Shown here: positions 9,622 to 17,409 of the stretch, piece after piece
Layout: every line of letters begins with the position of its first letter
How positions within the stretch are numbered: the stretch's first letter is position 1
Assembly: GCA_903895725.1 (NCBI GenBank)
Contig: CAITUV010000008.1
Location: 67,502-131,501, forward strand
Direction of reading: 5' to 3'
Source: an uncultured Myxococcales bacterium
GTDB lineage: Bacteria; Myxococcota_A; UBA9042; CAIXZC01
DNA length: 64,000 bases
Notes under the pieces: model-generated
The model's input: the letters and a program-made list of their open reading frames with translations, nothing else
Databases searched by the model: none
What the model was told of the DNA's origin: nothing
Program-made: the position numbers and the translations under genes

Positions 9622-11376
9622 ATGAAAACAGCGAAGAACGAGTTGCTCGTCGGGCTGGCCTTGCTGGCGCTGGCGGCCTGTGGTGAATCAGCGTCACGCC
9701 AAGCAGTCCAGGCCACCGTCGAGATGGGTGCGGAAGGGGGGAACGTTTCCCTCGGTGCGATCTCCGTCGAGGTGCCCACGGGCACCTTCGGGACAGAGAC
9801 GACCCTCACCATCCGGTTCGCCGCGGAGCATCCCGAGGGGAACATCGGGCCCGCTTACGAGGTCGATGCCGGCGGGGCCGACCTGCTCGTACCGGCGACC
9901 ATCTCCTACAAGGTGGCCTCCGCCGACCTGCCCGAAGGCACAGCCCTGGCCGACGTGCGTCTCGCATTCGTGGCGGACGGCGCCTGGCAGCCGTTGTCGG
10001 CCTGCGATGTCGATGCCGCAACAGGCGTGGTGCGTTGCGAGACCACCCATTTCAGCATCTGGGGTGCGGTGCCGCCGCTGCCGCCGATTCCATGCTCCAC
10101 CGCGGCTGACTGCCCCGAGATGGAGTGCATGGTAGCGAGTTGCGACGGCGGCGGCTGTGCGTATGCGGCGGCCCCGGCCTGTCCGTGCACTCCCGACTGT
10201 GCCGGCAAGGAATGCGGCGACGACGGCTGCGGGGGCTCCTGCGGCGAATGCGACGACGGCTGTGGTCAAGCTGTATGCGAACTCGGCGAATGCCTCAGTC
10301 TCTGCCTCTGCAACTGCGAAGACAAGGAATGCGGCGAGGACGGCTGCGGCGGGACATGCGGCGAGTGCGCCAAGGGGTACGACTGCAGTGACGGGGTATG
10401 CACCTGCACTCCCTCGTGTGGAGGCAAGGAGTGCGGCGACGACGGCTGCGGTGCTGTGTGCGGCGAGTGCGCCCAGTACTACGCCTGCCAGGCCGGGCTC
10501 TGCGAGCCGGAGCCGGGGGGGCCGTTCTGGCCATGCGAACAGAACTCCGATTGCAGCAGCGGTTGGTGCATCGAGACCGACGAAGGGAACATGTGCACCG
10601 TCCTGTGTATCGAGGAGTGCCCGAACGGGTGGACCTGTCAGGCCGTCTCGGGCGGGGGGCCGGACCTGGTCTACCTGTGCCTGCCGCCGTTCTGCGAGCC
10701 AACCTGTGCCGGGAAGCAGTGCGGCAGCGACGGCTGCGGTGGAAGCTGCGGCGAGTGCGCAGTGGGGCTCTCGTGCAACGCCGGGGTCTGCGTGGCCGGT
10801 CAGAGCTGCAACGTCTGGGACTACGTCACGCCGGAGGAACTGGATGCGGTCGGCCAGTGCAGCATGGCCCTGTGGGAGGGCATCTGGTCTGAGCCGGTCT
10901 TCCCGGCGCTGTTAGGAGAGGGGCACTTGTTCAAGGAGGATCTGGAGATCGACGGAGAGTTCTTCCTCGTGGAAACCACAGTGGACCAGACTGCGATCAC
11001 GCTCACAGTTCCATGCGTAGCGACCGGTCTCAAGATCGTGGTGTGGTCGGACGACGGACTCAGCAGCCTCGATGCCGGAGATCCTCATCCGTTGGCCGAC
11101 CCGGCGTGTCTGTCGAACGGGAGTTGCGACTGCGAGATCTGCGTATTCGCTCAGGCATCTCTTGAGGGAAAGCCCATGTTGAACGCGATTGCGGGCACCG
11201 TCATGCTGGGTTGCGGTCCCAAGAGCTGCGACTGCGGCATCATGTCATACAGCCTGCGCCTCGCCGACCTAACCTTCGCCGACATCGCGGGAGAGAAGCA
11301 GTTTGTCAATGTTCACTCGGACGGCCCGGACTGGCTGCCGAAGGACGAGTGGATCGAGGCCGTATCCTCGAAGTAG
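9622..11376 (+). CDS. Lipoprotein with ZU5-like domain and Cys-rich repeats
   Basis: Start MKTAKNE, lipobox LAAC; ZU5-like 'GAEGG..SVEVP.G...TTHFS'; four C..K(E/Q)CG.DGCG..CGEC repeats. Confidence 0.65.
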   Translation: MKTAKNELLVGLALLALAACGESASRQAVQATVEMGAEGGNVSLGAISVEVPTGTFGTETTLTIRFAAEHPEGNIGPAYEVDAGGADLLVPATISYKVASADLPEGTALADVRLAFVADGAWQPLSACDVDAATGVVRCETTHFSIWGAVPPLPPIPCSTAADCPEMECMVASCDGGGCAYAAAPACPCTPDCAGKECGDDGCGGSCGECDDGCGQAVCELGECLSLCLCNCEDKECGEDGCGGTCGECAKGYDCSDGVCTCTPSCGGKECGDDGCGAVCGECAQYYACQAGLCEPEPGGPFWPCEQNSDCSSGWCIETDEGNMCTVLCIEECPNGWTCQAVSGGGPDLVYLCLPPFCEPTCAGKQCGSDGCGGSCGECAVGLSCNAGVCVAGQSCNVWDYVTPEELDAVGQCSMALWEGIWSEPVFPALLGEGHLFKEDLEIDGEFFLVETTVDQTAITLTVPCVATGLKIVVWSDDGLSSLDAGDPHPLADPACLSNGSCDCEICVFAQASLEGKPMLNAIAGTVMLGCGPKSCDCGIMSYSLRLADLTFADIAGEKQFVNVHSDGPDWLPKDEWIEAVSSK

Positions 11377-11567
11377 TCGACGGGCCCATCGAGAATCACG
11401 CTGTCGAGCTGAGGAATCGAATCCAAGACGAGACGCAGTGGAGGCCGCCGACGCGGCACTGGCGCGTAATCCGACGGCGAGGCCAAGCAGTCGTAGCATG
11501 GCTCCAGGGGGGAAGGCTACGCCCCAGGGGCCGGCAGGCATCTGGTTGATGATCCGGCCGCCCCCCG

Positions 11568-12113
11568 TTGCGGCACGTCCTCTCCGCTCGTGCTCGACAA
11601 GGAAGTGCGGGAGGCCGGGACGCTGAGACACGGGCTGCCGCAATCGGACTGTCCGAGACGGATCACAGGGAGTTCGTCTGCAAGAAGTGCGGCAGCGCCG
11701 CGGCGATCTGCACCAAGTGCGACAACGGGCAGGTGTATTGCTCCGACGCATGCAGCGGAGCCGCTCGACGCGAATCCTTGCGTCGGGCGGGCAAGAAGTA
11801 CCAGAAGACCTACCGCGGGCGGATGAAACACGCCGCTCGGCAGGCGACGTACCGCCAGCGGCAACTTCAGAAAGTGACGCATCAGTCTTCCGAAGCGCCA
11901 AGCACCGATGGCACGATGGAGCGAACCGAGCGCCTGGACCGCGTGTGGCGGGCGCTGGAGGAGTTGAAGTATTGCTGTGTATGCGGCTGTCCACTCGAAG
12001 GACCGGGGCGGCGCCATTTCCGGCGCACACCCTGTCCCGGCCAGACCTCGGCTTGGCGGCCGGAGGGTCCGGGGCCGCCGCCGAAAGGAGGCGGTCGAGC
12101 GCAGGATTCCTGA
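11568..12113 (+). CDS. Small Cys-rich/Arg-rich zinc-finger protein (start uncertain)
   Basis: CxxC..CxxC..YCxxxC followed by a basic helix (RRESLRRAGKKYQ...HAARQ..KVTHQ). Resembles a family I recall next to mobile-element recombinases/transposases. Confidence 0.5.
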   Translation: MRHVLSARARQGSAGGRDAETRAAAIGLSETDHREFVCKKCGSAAAICTKCDNGQVYCSDACSGAARRESLRRAGKKYQKTYRGRMKHAARQATYRQRQLQKVTHQSSEAPSTDGTMERTERLDRVWRALEELKYCCVCGCPLEGPGRRHFRRTPCPGQTSAWRPEGPGPPPKGGGRAQDS

Positions 12114-12209
12114 CGCCGCGAGCCGGCTGCGAGGGGCCCCAGGAAGGTTCTTGCGAGGCCGGGCGAGGTGGACGTCGCGACAAGACATGGATGGAGGCAC
12201 CGAAAGGGC

Positions 12210-13787
12210 ATGGATAAGGACGGACGGAAGCAAGGGGACGGAGCGCACGGCTCGGGCAGTGACGGAGCGACTCCGGCGGCCATGTACGTACGCATGAGCA
12301 CGGAGCACCAGCAGTACTCGACGGAGAACCAGGCCGACGTTGTCCGCCAATACGCCCACCAGCGGGGGTTCGAGATCGTCGAGACGTTCGCGGACGAGGG
12401 GAAGAGCGGCCTCAACCTCGCAGGCCGGGAGTCGCTGCGACGGCTCATCTCGCTCGTGGATTCGAGGCAGGCGCACTTCCGGGCAATCCTGGTTTACGAC
12501 GTCTCCCGTTGGGGTCGATTCCAGGATGCGGACGAGAGTGCCTACTACGAGTACATCTGCAAGCGAGCGGGCATCGCCGTCCACTACTGTGCCGAGCAGT
12601 TCCAGAACGACGGCTCCACCGGATCCACCATCATCAAGACGGTCAAGCGCGCCATGGCCGGCGAGTATTCGCGGGAACTGTCCAACAAGGTGTTCATCGG
12701 CCAGTGCCGGTTGATCCAGTTGGGCTTCCGCCAGGGCGGGACCGCTGGCTATGGGCTTCGGCGCATGCTCCTGGACCAGCAGGGCAGCGAGAAGGGCCCG
12801 CTGAAGTTTGGCGAGCAGAAGTCGCTTCAGACGGACCGGGTCGTCCTCGCCCCCGGTCCCGTGGAGGAAGTCGAGACCGTCCGGCGCATGTACAGGGCGT
12901 TCGTACACGAGGGCAAGGCGGAGGCCGATATCGCGGCAACGCTCAATGCCGAGGGACTCCGCACCGACCTCGGTCGACCGTGGACGCAGGGCACCGTGCG
13001 CCAGGTTCTCTCCAACGAGAAGTACCTCGGCAACAACGTGTTCAACCGCTGTTCGTTCAAGCTCAAGCAGCGACGAGTCGAGAACCCTCGCGAAATGTGG
13101 ATCCGCAAGGATGGGGCGTTCCCCGGCCTCGTGGAGGCGGACCTGTTCTACAAGGCTCAGGGCATCATGCTGGAGCGCAGCCGCCGGTTCTCGGACGACG
13201 AGTTGCTGGACCGCCTGCGCACGCTGTACCAGAAGCATGGACGGGTCTCCGGGATCCTCATCGACGAGGAGGCGGGGATGCCGGGCGCGGGCGCTTACCA
13301 CGCACGGTTCGGCGGGCTCCTGCGAGCGTACCAGCTCATCGGGTACGACCCGGCGATTGACTACTCGTACATCGAGGTCAATCGGCGTCTGCGCGACCGC
13401 CATCCGCAACTGGTCGCCGAGGTCGTAGCTCAGCTCAGGGCCCAGGGCTCCACCGTGGAGCACGATGCGGACAGCGGCCTCTTGCTCGTCAACCAGGAGA
13501 TCCTGGTGTCGTTGGTCCTCTCCCGCTGCACGGAGACAAGCGGAGGCCGCCGCCGGTGGAAGATCCGCCTGGAACAGAGCCGCAACCCGGACATCACCAT
13601 CGCCGTGCGCATGGCCTCTGACAACGAGGCCATCCACGACTACTACCTGCTGCCCACCATGGATATGAACTTCGAGACCGTGCGGCTGGCGGATGACAAC
13701 GGGGTCTACCTCGACGTCTACCGCCAGCCTGACCTGTCCGTGTTCTACGAACTGGCCGAGAGGGTAACCCTTCGGATGGCCGCGTGA
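12210..13787 (+). CDS. Large serine recombinase (resolvase + recombinase domain)
   Basis: YVRMSTEHQ catalytic Ser motif; D.GKSG..R; DVSRWGR; GYG; LSNEKYLG. Confidence 0.92.
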   Translation: MDKDGRKQGDGAHGSGSDGATPAAMYVRMSTEHQQYSTENQADVVRQYAHQRGFEIVETFADEGKSGLNLAGRESLRRLISLVDSRQAHFRAILVYDVSRWGRFQDADESAYYEYICKRAGIAVHYCAEQFQNDGSTGSTIIKTVKRAMAGEYSRELSNKVFIGQCRLIQLGFRQGGTAGYGLRRMLLDQQGSEKGPLKFGEQKSLQTDRVVLAPGPVEEVETVRRMYRAFVHEGKAEADIAATLNAEGLRTDLGRPWTQGTVRQVLSNEKYLGNNVFNRCSFKLKQRRVENPREMWIRKDGAFPGLVEADLFYKAQGIMLERSRRFSDDELLDRLRTLYQKHGRVSGILIDEEAGMPGAGAYHARFGGLLRAYQLIGYDPAIDYSYIEVNRRLRDRHPQLVAEVVAQLRAQGSTVEHDADSGLLLVNQEILVSLVLSRCTETSGGRRRWKIRLEQSRNPDITIAVRMASDNEAIHDYYLLPTMDMNFETVRLADDNGVYLDVYRQPDLSVFYELAERVTLRMAA

Positions 13788-13800
13788 CGACGGAGACCGC

Positions 13801-14733
13801 ATGAGCGAACGCAAATCAGACCTCTGTGAGCAAGTGCAGATGATCCCCCTGGCGCAGATCCGGGTGCTCAACCCGCGTGCTCGGGAGCCCAAGCGGTTCA
13901 AGCAGATCATCGAGAACATCTCCCACGTCGGGTTGAAGAAGCCGATCACCGTGAGCACCCGCGCCGATTCCTTCATCGGCGGGGCCCCGGTCTATGACCT
14001 CGTCTGCGGCCAGGGCCGGCTCGAGGCGTACCATGCGCTGGGAGAGAAGGAGATCCCCGCCATCGTCGTCTCTGCGACCAAGGAGGAGCGGCTCGTCATG
14101 AGCCTGGTCGAGAACCTGGCCCGTCGCCAGCCCACCCGCTTCGAACACCTCGTCCAAATGGTACGCCTGCGAGACGAGGGCTACTCGGTGGCGGACATCG
14201 CCCGCAAGGTCGATCTGACTCCATCCTTCGTGGGCTCCATCCTGGGCCTGTGGGATCGGGGAGAGGAACGCCTTATCCGGGGCGTTGAGGAGGGACGGAT
14301 CCCGCTCAGCGTCGCCTGCGCCCTGGCCCAGTCCACGGACGCGGACGAGCAGCGCATCCTGACCGAGGCGTATGAGAGCGGGAAGTTGACCGGCAAGAAG
14401 CTCCTGGCAACCAAGCGGCTACTCGACCAACGGCGTTCCCACGGGAAGAAGTACTGCATCATCCAGAGCCGGCGCAAGACGGCCAGTTCTGCCGACGGGC
14501 TGGTGCGGACCTACCAGCAGGAGGCGCGGCGCAAGAGCCTCTTTGTGAAGAAGGCCCAGCTTTGCGAGCTGCGACTGGGTTTCGTCGTCTCCGCCATGAA
14601 GGCGCTGCTGGCCAACGAGGATTTCCTGAACCTGCTGCGGGCCGAGGGGCTGACAACCTTGCCCCGGTTCCTGGCCGAAGAAGCTGGAGTAGAAGCCACA
14701 CCGATGGAGAAGCCGACATGTCGAGCAAAGTGA
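13801..14733 (+). CDS. ParB/RepB-like partitioning-domain protein
   Basis: GLKKPITV...LVCGQGRLEA ParB/Srx N-domain; SLVENLARR; HTH. Confidence 0.85.
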   Translation: MSERKSDLCEQVQMIPLAQIRVLNPRAREPKRFKQIIENISHVGLKKPITVSTRADSFIGGAPVYDLVCGQGRLEAYHALGEKEIPAIVVSATKEERLVMSLVENLARRQPTRFEHLVQMVRLRDEGYSVADIARKVDLTPSFVGSILGLWDRGEERLIRGVEEGRIPLSVACALAQSTDADEQRILTEAYESGKLTGKKLLATKRLLDQRRSHGKKYCIIQSRRKTASSADGLVRTYQQEARRKSLFVKKAQLCELRLGFVVSAMKALLANEDFLNLLRAEGLTTLPRFLAEEAGVEATPMEKPTCRAK

Positions 14734-15608
14734 ACGTAGGCTTTGACCGGACGCCGGTCATGGTGCCGTTGGAGAAGCTGCTGAAAACTCGCAAGGTCCA
14801 TCCGAACGTGAAGACGACGGCGAAGTATCAGCGGATCCTGGCTTCCATTCGAGAGGTCGGGATCATCGAGCCGCTGATCGTCCACCCGCAGAAGGGCAGT
14901 GGTGCCAAGGGAGCCTACGTGCTGCTCGACGGTCACCTACGCGCCGAGGCACTGAAGGAACTGGGGGTCACCGAAGCCCGGTGCCTGGTTTCCACCGAAG
15001 ATGAGGGGTACACGTACAACCGCCACGTGAACCGCCTCTCTGCGCTCCAGGAGCATTTCATGCTCAGGAAGGCTCTGGACGAGGGAGTCCCCGAGGAACG
15101 TCTGGCCGGCGTGCTTCACGTGGATATCCAGAAGATCCGTGAGAAGCGAGATCTGCTGCGGGGCATCTGCTCCGAGGCGGTGGAGCTTCTGCGTCACCGA
15201 GACGTCGGCTCCCAGGCGCTGCGGTTCGTCCGCCTGGTCAAGCCGTTCCGCCAGATCGAGATGGCGGAGCTGATGGGCTCGGCCAACAACTTCACCAGCT
15301 CGTATGCCAAGGCCCTCTACCTGTCCACGCAGCAGGCCCAGCTTCTGGAGCCGGACAAGCCGAAGGAGGGCCAGGGCGTGGACCCGATCGAAATCGCTCG
15401 GATGGAGAAGGAAATGGAGTCCCTCGAACAGGATTTCCGCGTCGTCGAGGAGTCTTACAGCAAGAACATGCTCAACCTGGTGGTTGCCCGAGACTACCTC
15501 GTTCGTGTCCTGGACAACGCCCGCGTCGTCCGCTTCCTCTCCCAGCGTCACCCCGAGATCCTCTCGACGTTCCAGACTCTGGCTGAGGCCACATCCCTCG
15601 AGGCGTGA
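14718..15608 (+). CDS. Second ParB/RepB-like protein
   Basis: SIREVGIIEPLIV...LLDGHLR; start MSSKVNV overlaps the upstream gene. Confidence 0.85.
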   Translation: MSSKVNVGFDRTPVMVPLEKLLKTRKVHPNVKTTAKYQRILASIREVGIIEPLIVHPQKGSGAKGAYVLLDGHLRAEALKELGVTEARCLVSTEDEGYTYNRHVNRLSALQEHFMLRKALDEGVPEERLAGVLHVDIQKIREKRDLLRGICSEAVELLRHRDVGSQALRFVRLVKPFRQIEMAELMGSANNFTSSYAKALYLSTQQAQLLEPDKPKEGQGVDPIEIARMEKEMESLEQDFRVVEESYSKNMLNLVVARDYLVRVLDNARVVRFLSQRHPEILSTFQTLAEATSLEA

Positions 15609-17251
15609 CCCGCATGGTCCAGAACTCTCGGCGCCTGAACATCGAAGAGATGCGCAGCATCGCGGCGAACCGGGGCGGGCGCTGCCTGTCCCCGGAGTAC
15701 CTCGGCTCACTCACGCATCTGGAGTGGGAGTGTTCGGCGGGACACCGCTGGCGAGCCGTCCCGAACAACGTCAAGCGGGGAACCTGGTGCCCGGTCTGTG
15801 CCCGTGGCCGGCAGGGAGGGAACGCCTATTCCGTCACTATCGGTGGGCTGCGCGAGGTCGCACAGTCCCGGGGAGGGGAGTGTCTGTCCCGGAAGTATCT
15901 GGGCATGTTCGTGAAGCACCGGTGGCGGTGCAGCGAAGGGCACGAGTGGGAGGCCATTGCCGACGCAGTGCGCCGGGGCTCGTGGTGTCCGACCTGCAGC
16001 CAGCGCAGCCAGGCTCATTCCATCGAGTATGTCCGCGCGTTTGCCGCGGCCCAGGGGTGGAAATGCCTCTCTGACCGGTACGAGACGAATCAGACCAAGC
16101 TGGAATGGGAGTGCGCCAGGGGGCACCGATGGGAGGCCACCTTCAACTACGTCCAGTCGCACACCTACTGCCCCGAGTGCATGGAGCAAGACCATCGGGC
16201 GGCGGGGTTGGCCGAATGCCAGGCCGTTGCGGCCAGCCGCGGCGGCCGGTGCCTGTCCACGGAGTTCCGCGGAACGCGCTTCTTCCTCCAATGGGAGTGC
16301 AGTCGGGGGCACAGGTGGTCTGCCCGCGTCGCCCAGGTCAAGTCCGGCTCGTGGTGCCCGACCTGCAACAACGTGCGGCGCCGTTTGTCGCTCGACGAGA
16401 TGCGCGCCCGTGTCGTGGCCCGGGGCGGAGCCTGCCTGTCAAAGGAGTATGTCACCAACCACGTCAAGCTGCGCTGGCGTTGCCGTGCCGGCCACGAATG
16501 GGACGCGGCCCCTTCATCCATCAAGGCGGGCACCTGGTGTCCCAGGTGCGCCGTCAGGGAGAGGCGCACCTACACCATCGCGGACATGCAAAGGCTCGCA
16601 GCGAGCAAGGGGGGAGAGTGCCTGTCCGAGGCCTATGCCAGCAACCAGGCCCCCCTCGAATGGCGGTGCGGAGAAGGCCATCGCTGGACCGCATCCTTCC
16701 GCAACGTGAAACGGGGATTCTGGTGCCCGGAGTGCAACGCGTTGGGCAAGTCAGCGCTGCGGGAGTCGGACCCGCCGGCACCGCTGCCGCCGCGTACCTG
16801 CGTCCGTCGACGCTCGAAGGAGCAACTCGTGGCGGACGTGCATCGGATTGTGCAGGAGCGGGGAGGCGAGCTCCTGTCGTCCCAGGTCGCCAGTCGGGAC
16901 TCGGTGCTCCGTCTGCGGTGCTCCCTCGGGCACGTCTGGCAAGCCCGGGTTTCAAGCATCCTTTCCGGCCACTGGTGCCATGCCTGCGGCCGGCATTCCA
17001 TGGAAGCCGCTTTCCGCAGGCGGTTCGGCCTGGTGGAGCTGGACGACGCCGACGAGGTGGCACTGTGGGCCGACACCCAGGGGCTGGTCTTCGTCAGCGC
17101 GGGCAAGCCTTGCCTCGGGCGCACTGACTTCTTCCGCTGCCCGCAGGCGCACCTGTGGGAGGTTTCGCGGCCCTACTCACCTCTCGGATCCTGGTGCCCG
17201 GCCTGCGGTGCCCGAGGGGAAGCTCTGGGGTTGGGGAGGATCGTGCGGTAG
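15605..17251 (+). CDS. Zinc-ribbon repeat protein (8 repeats)
   Basis: Eight units of GGxCLSxxY...WxCxxGHxW...WCPxC; GTGA overlap with the upstream ParB gene. Confidence 0.8.
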   Translation: MTRMVQNSRRLNIEEMRSIAANRGGRCLSPEYLGSLTHLEWECSAGHRWRAVPNNVKRGTWCPVCARGRQGGNAYSVTIGGLREVAQSRGGECLSRKYLGMFVKHRWRCSEGHEWEAIADAVRRGSWCPTCSQRSQAHSIEYVRAFAAAQGWKCLSDRYETNQTKLEWECARGHRWEATFNYVQSHTYCPECMEQDHRAAGLAECQAVAASRGGRCLSTEFRGTRFFLQWECSRGHRWSARVAQVKSGSWCPTCNNVRRRLSLDEMRARVVARGGACLSKEYVTNHVKLRWRCRAGHEWDAAPSSIKAGTWCPRCAVRERRTYTIADMQRLAASKGGECLSEAYASNQAPLEWRCGEGHRWTASFRNVKRGFWCPECNALGKSALRESDPPAPLPPRTCVRRRSKEQLVADVHRIVQERGGELLSSQVASRDSVLRLRCSLGHVWQARVSSILSGHWCHACGRHSMEAAFRRRFGLVELDDADEVALWADTQGLVFVSAGKPCLGRTDFFRCPQAHLWEVSRPYSPLGSWCPACGARGEALGLGRIVR

Positions 17252-17409
17252 CCGCGCTTGCGAGTCGTAGCCTCCTGCCATTGCGGCTCGCCTCCCCTCT
17301 GTCCGGGCCCGAGAGGGACACAACCGACAAGGACAATGCAGGCTTCGGTTCTGAGGATTCCAAGCCCGATGTTCGCGTTGGCTACTGCTAGCGGCTTATC
17401 CGCCTGCGC

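Noticed and set aside
11517-13976. 819-aa - strand ORF (similarly 37299..39068, 28636..29943, 48176..49594, 62076..63125)
   Set aside because: Antisense to well-supported genes (recombinase, DUF499, transposase, methylase, ankyrin protein).
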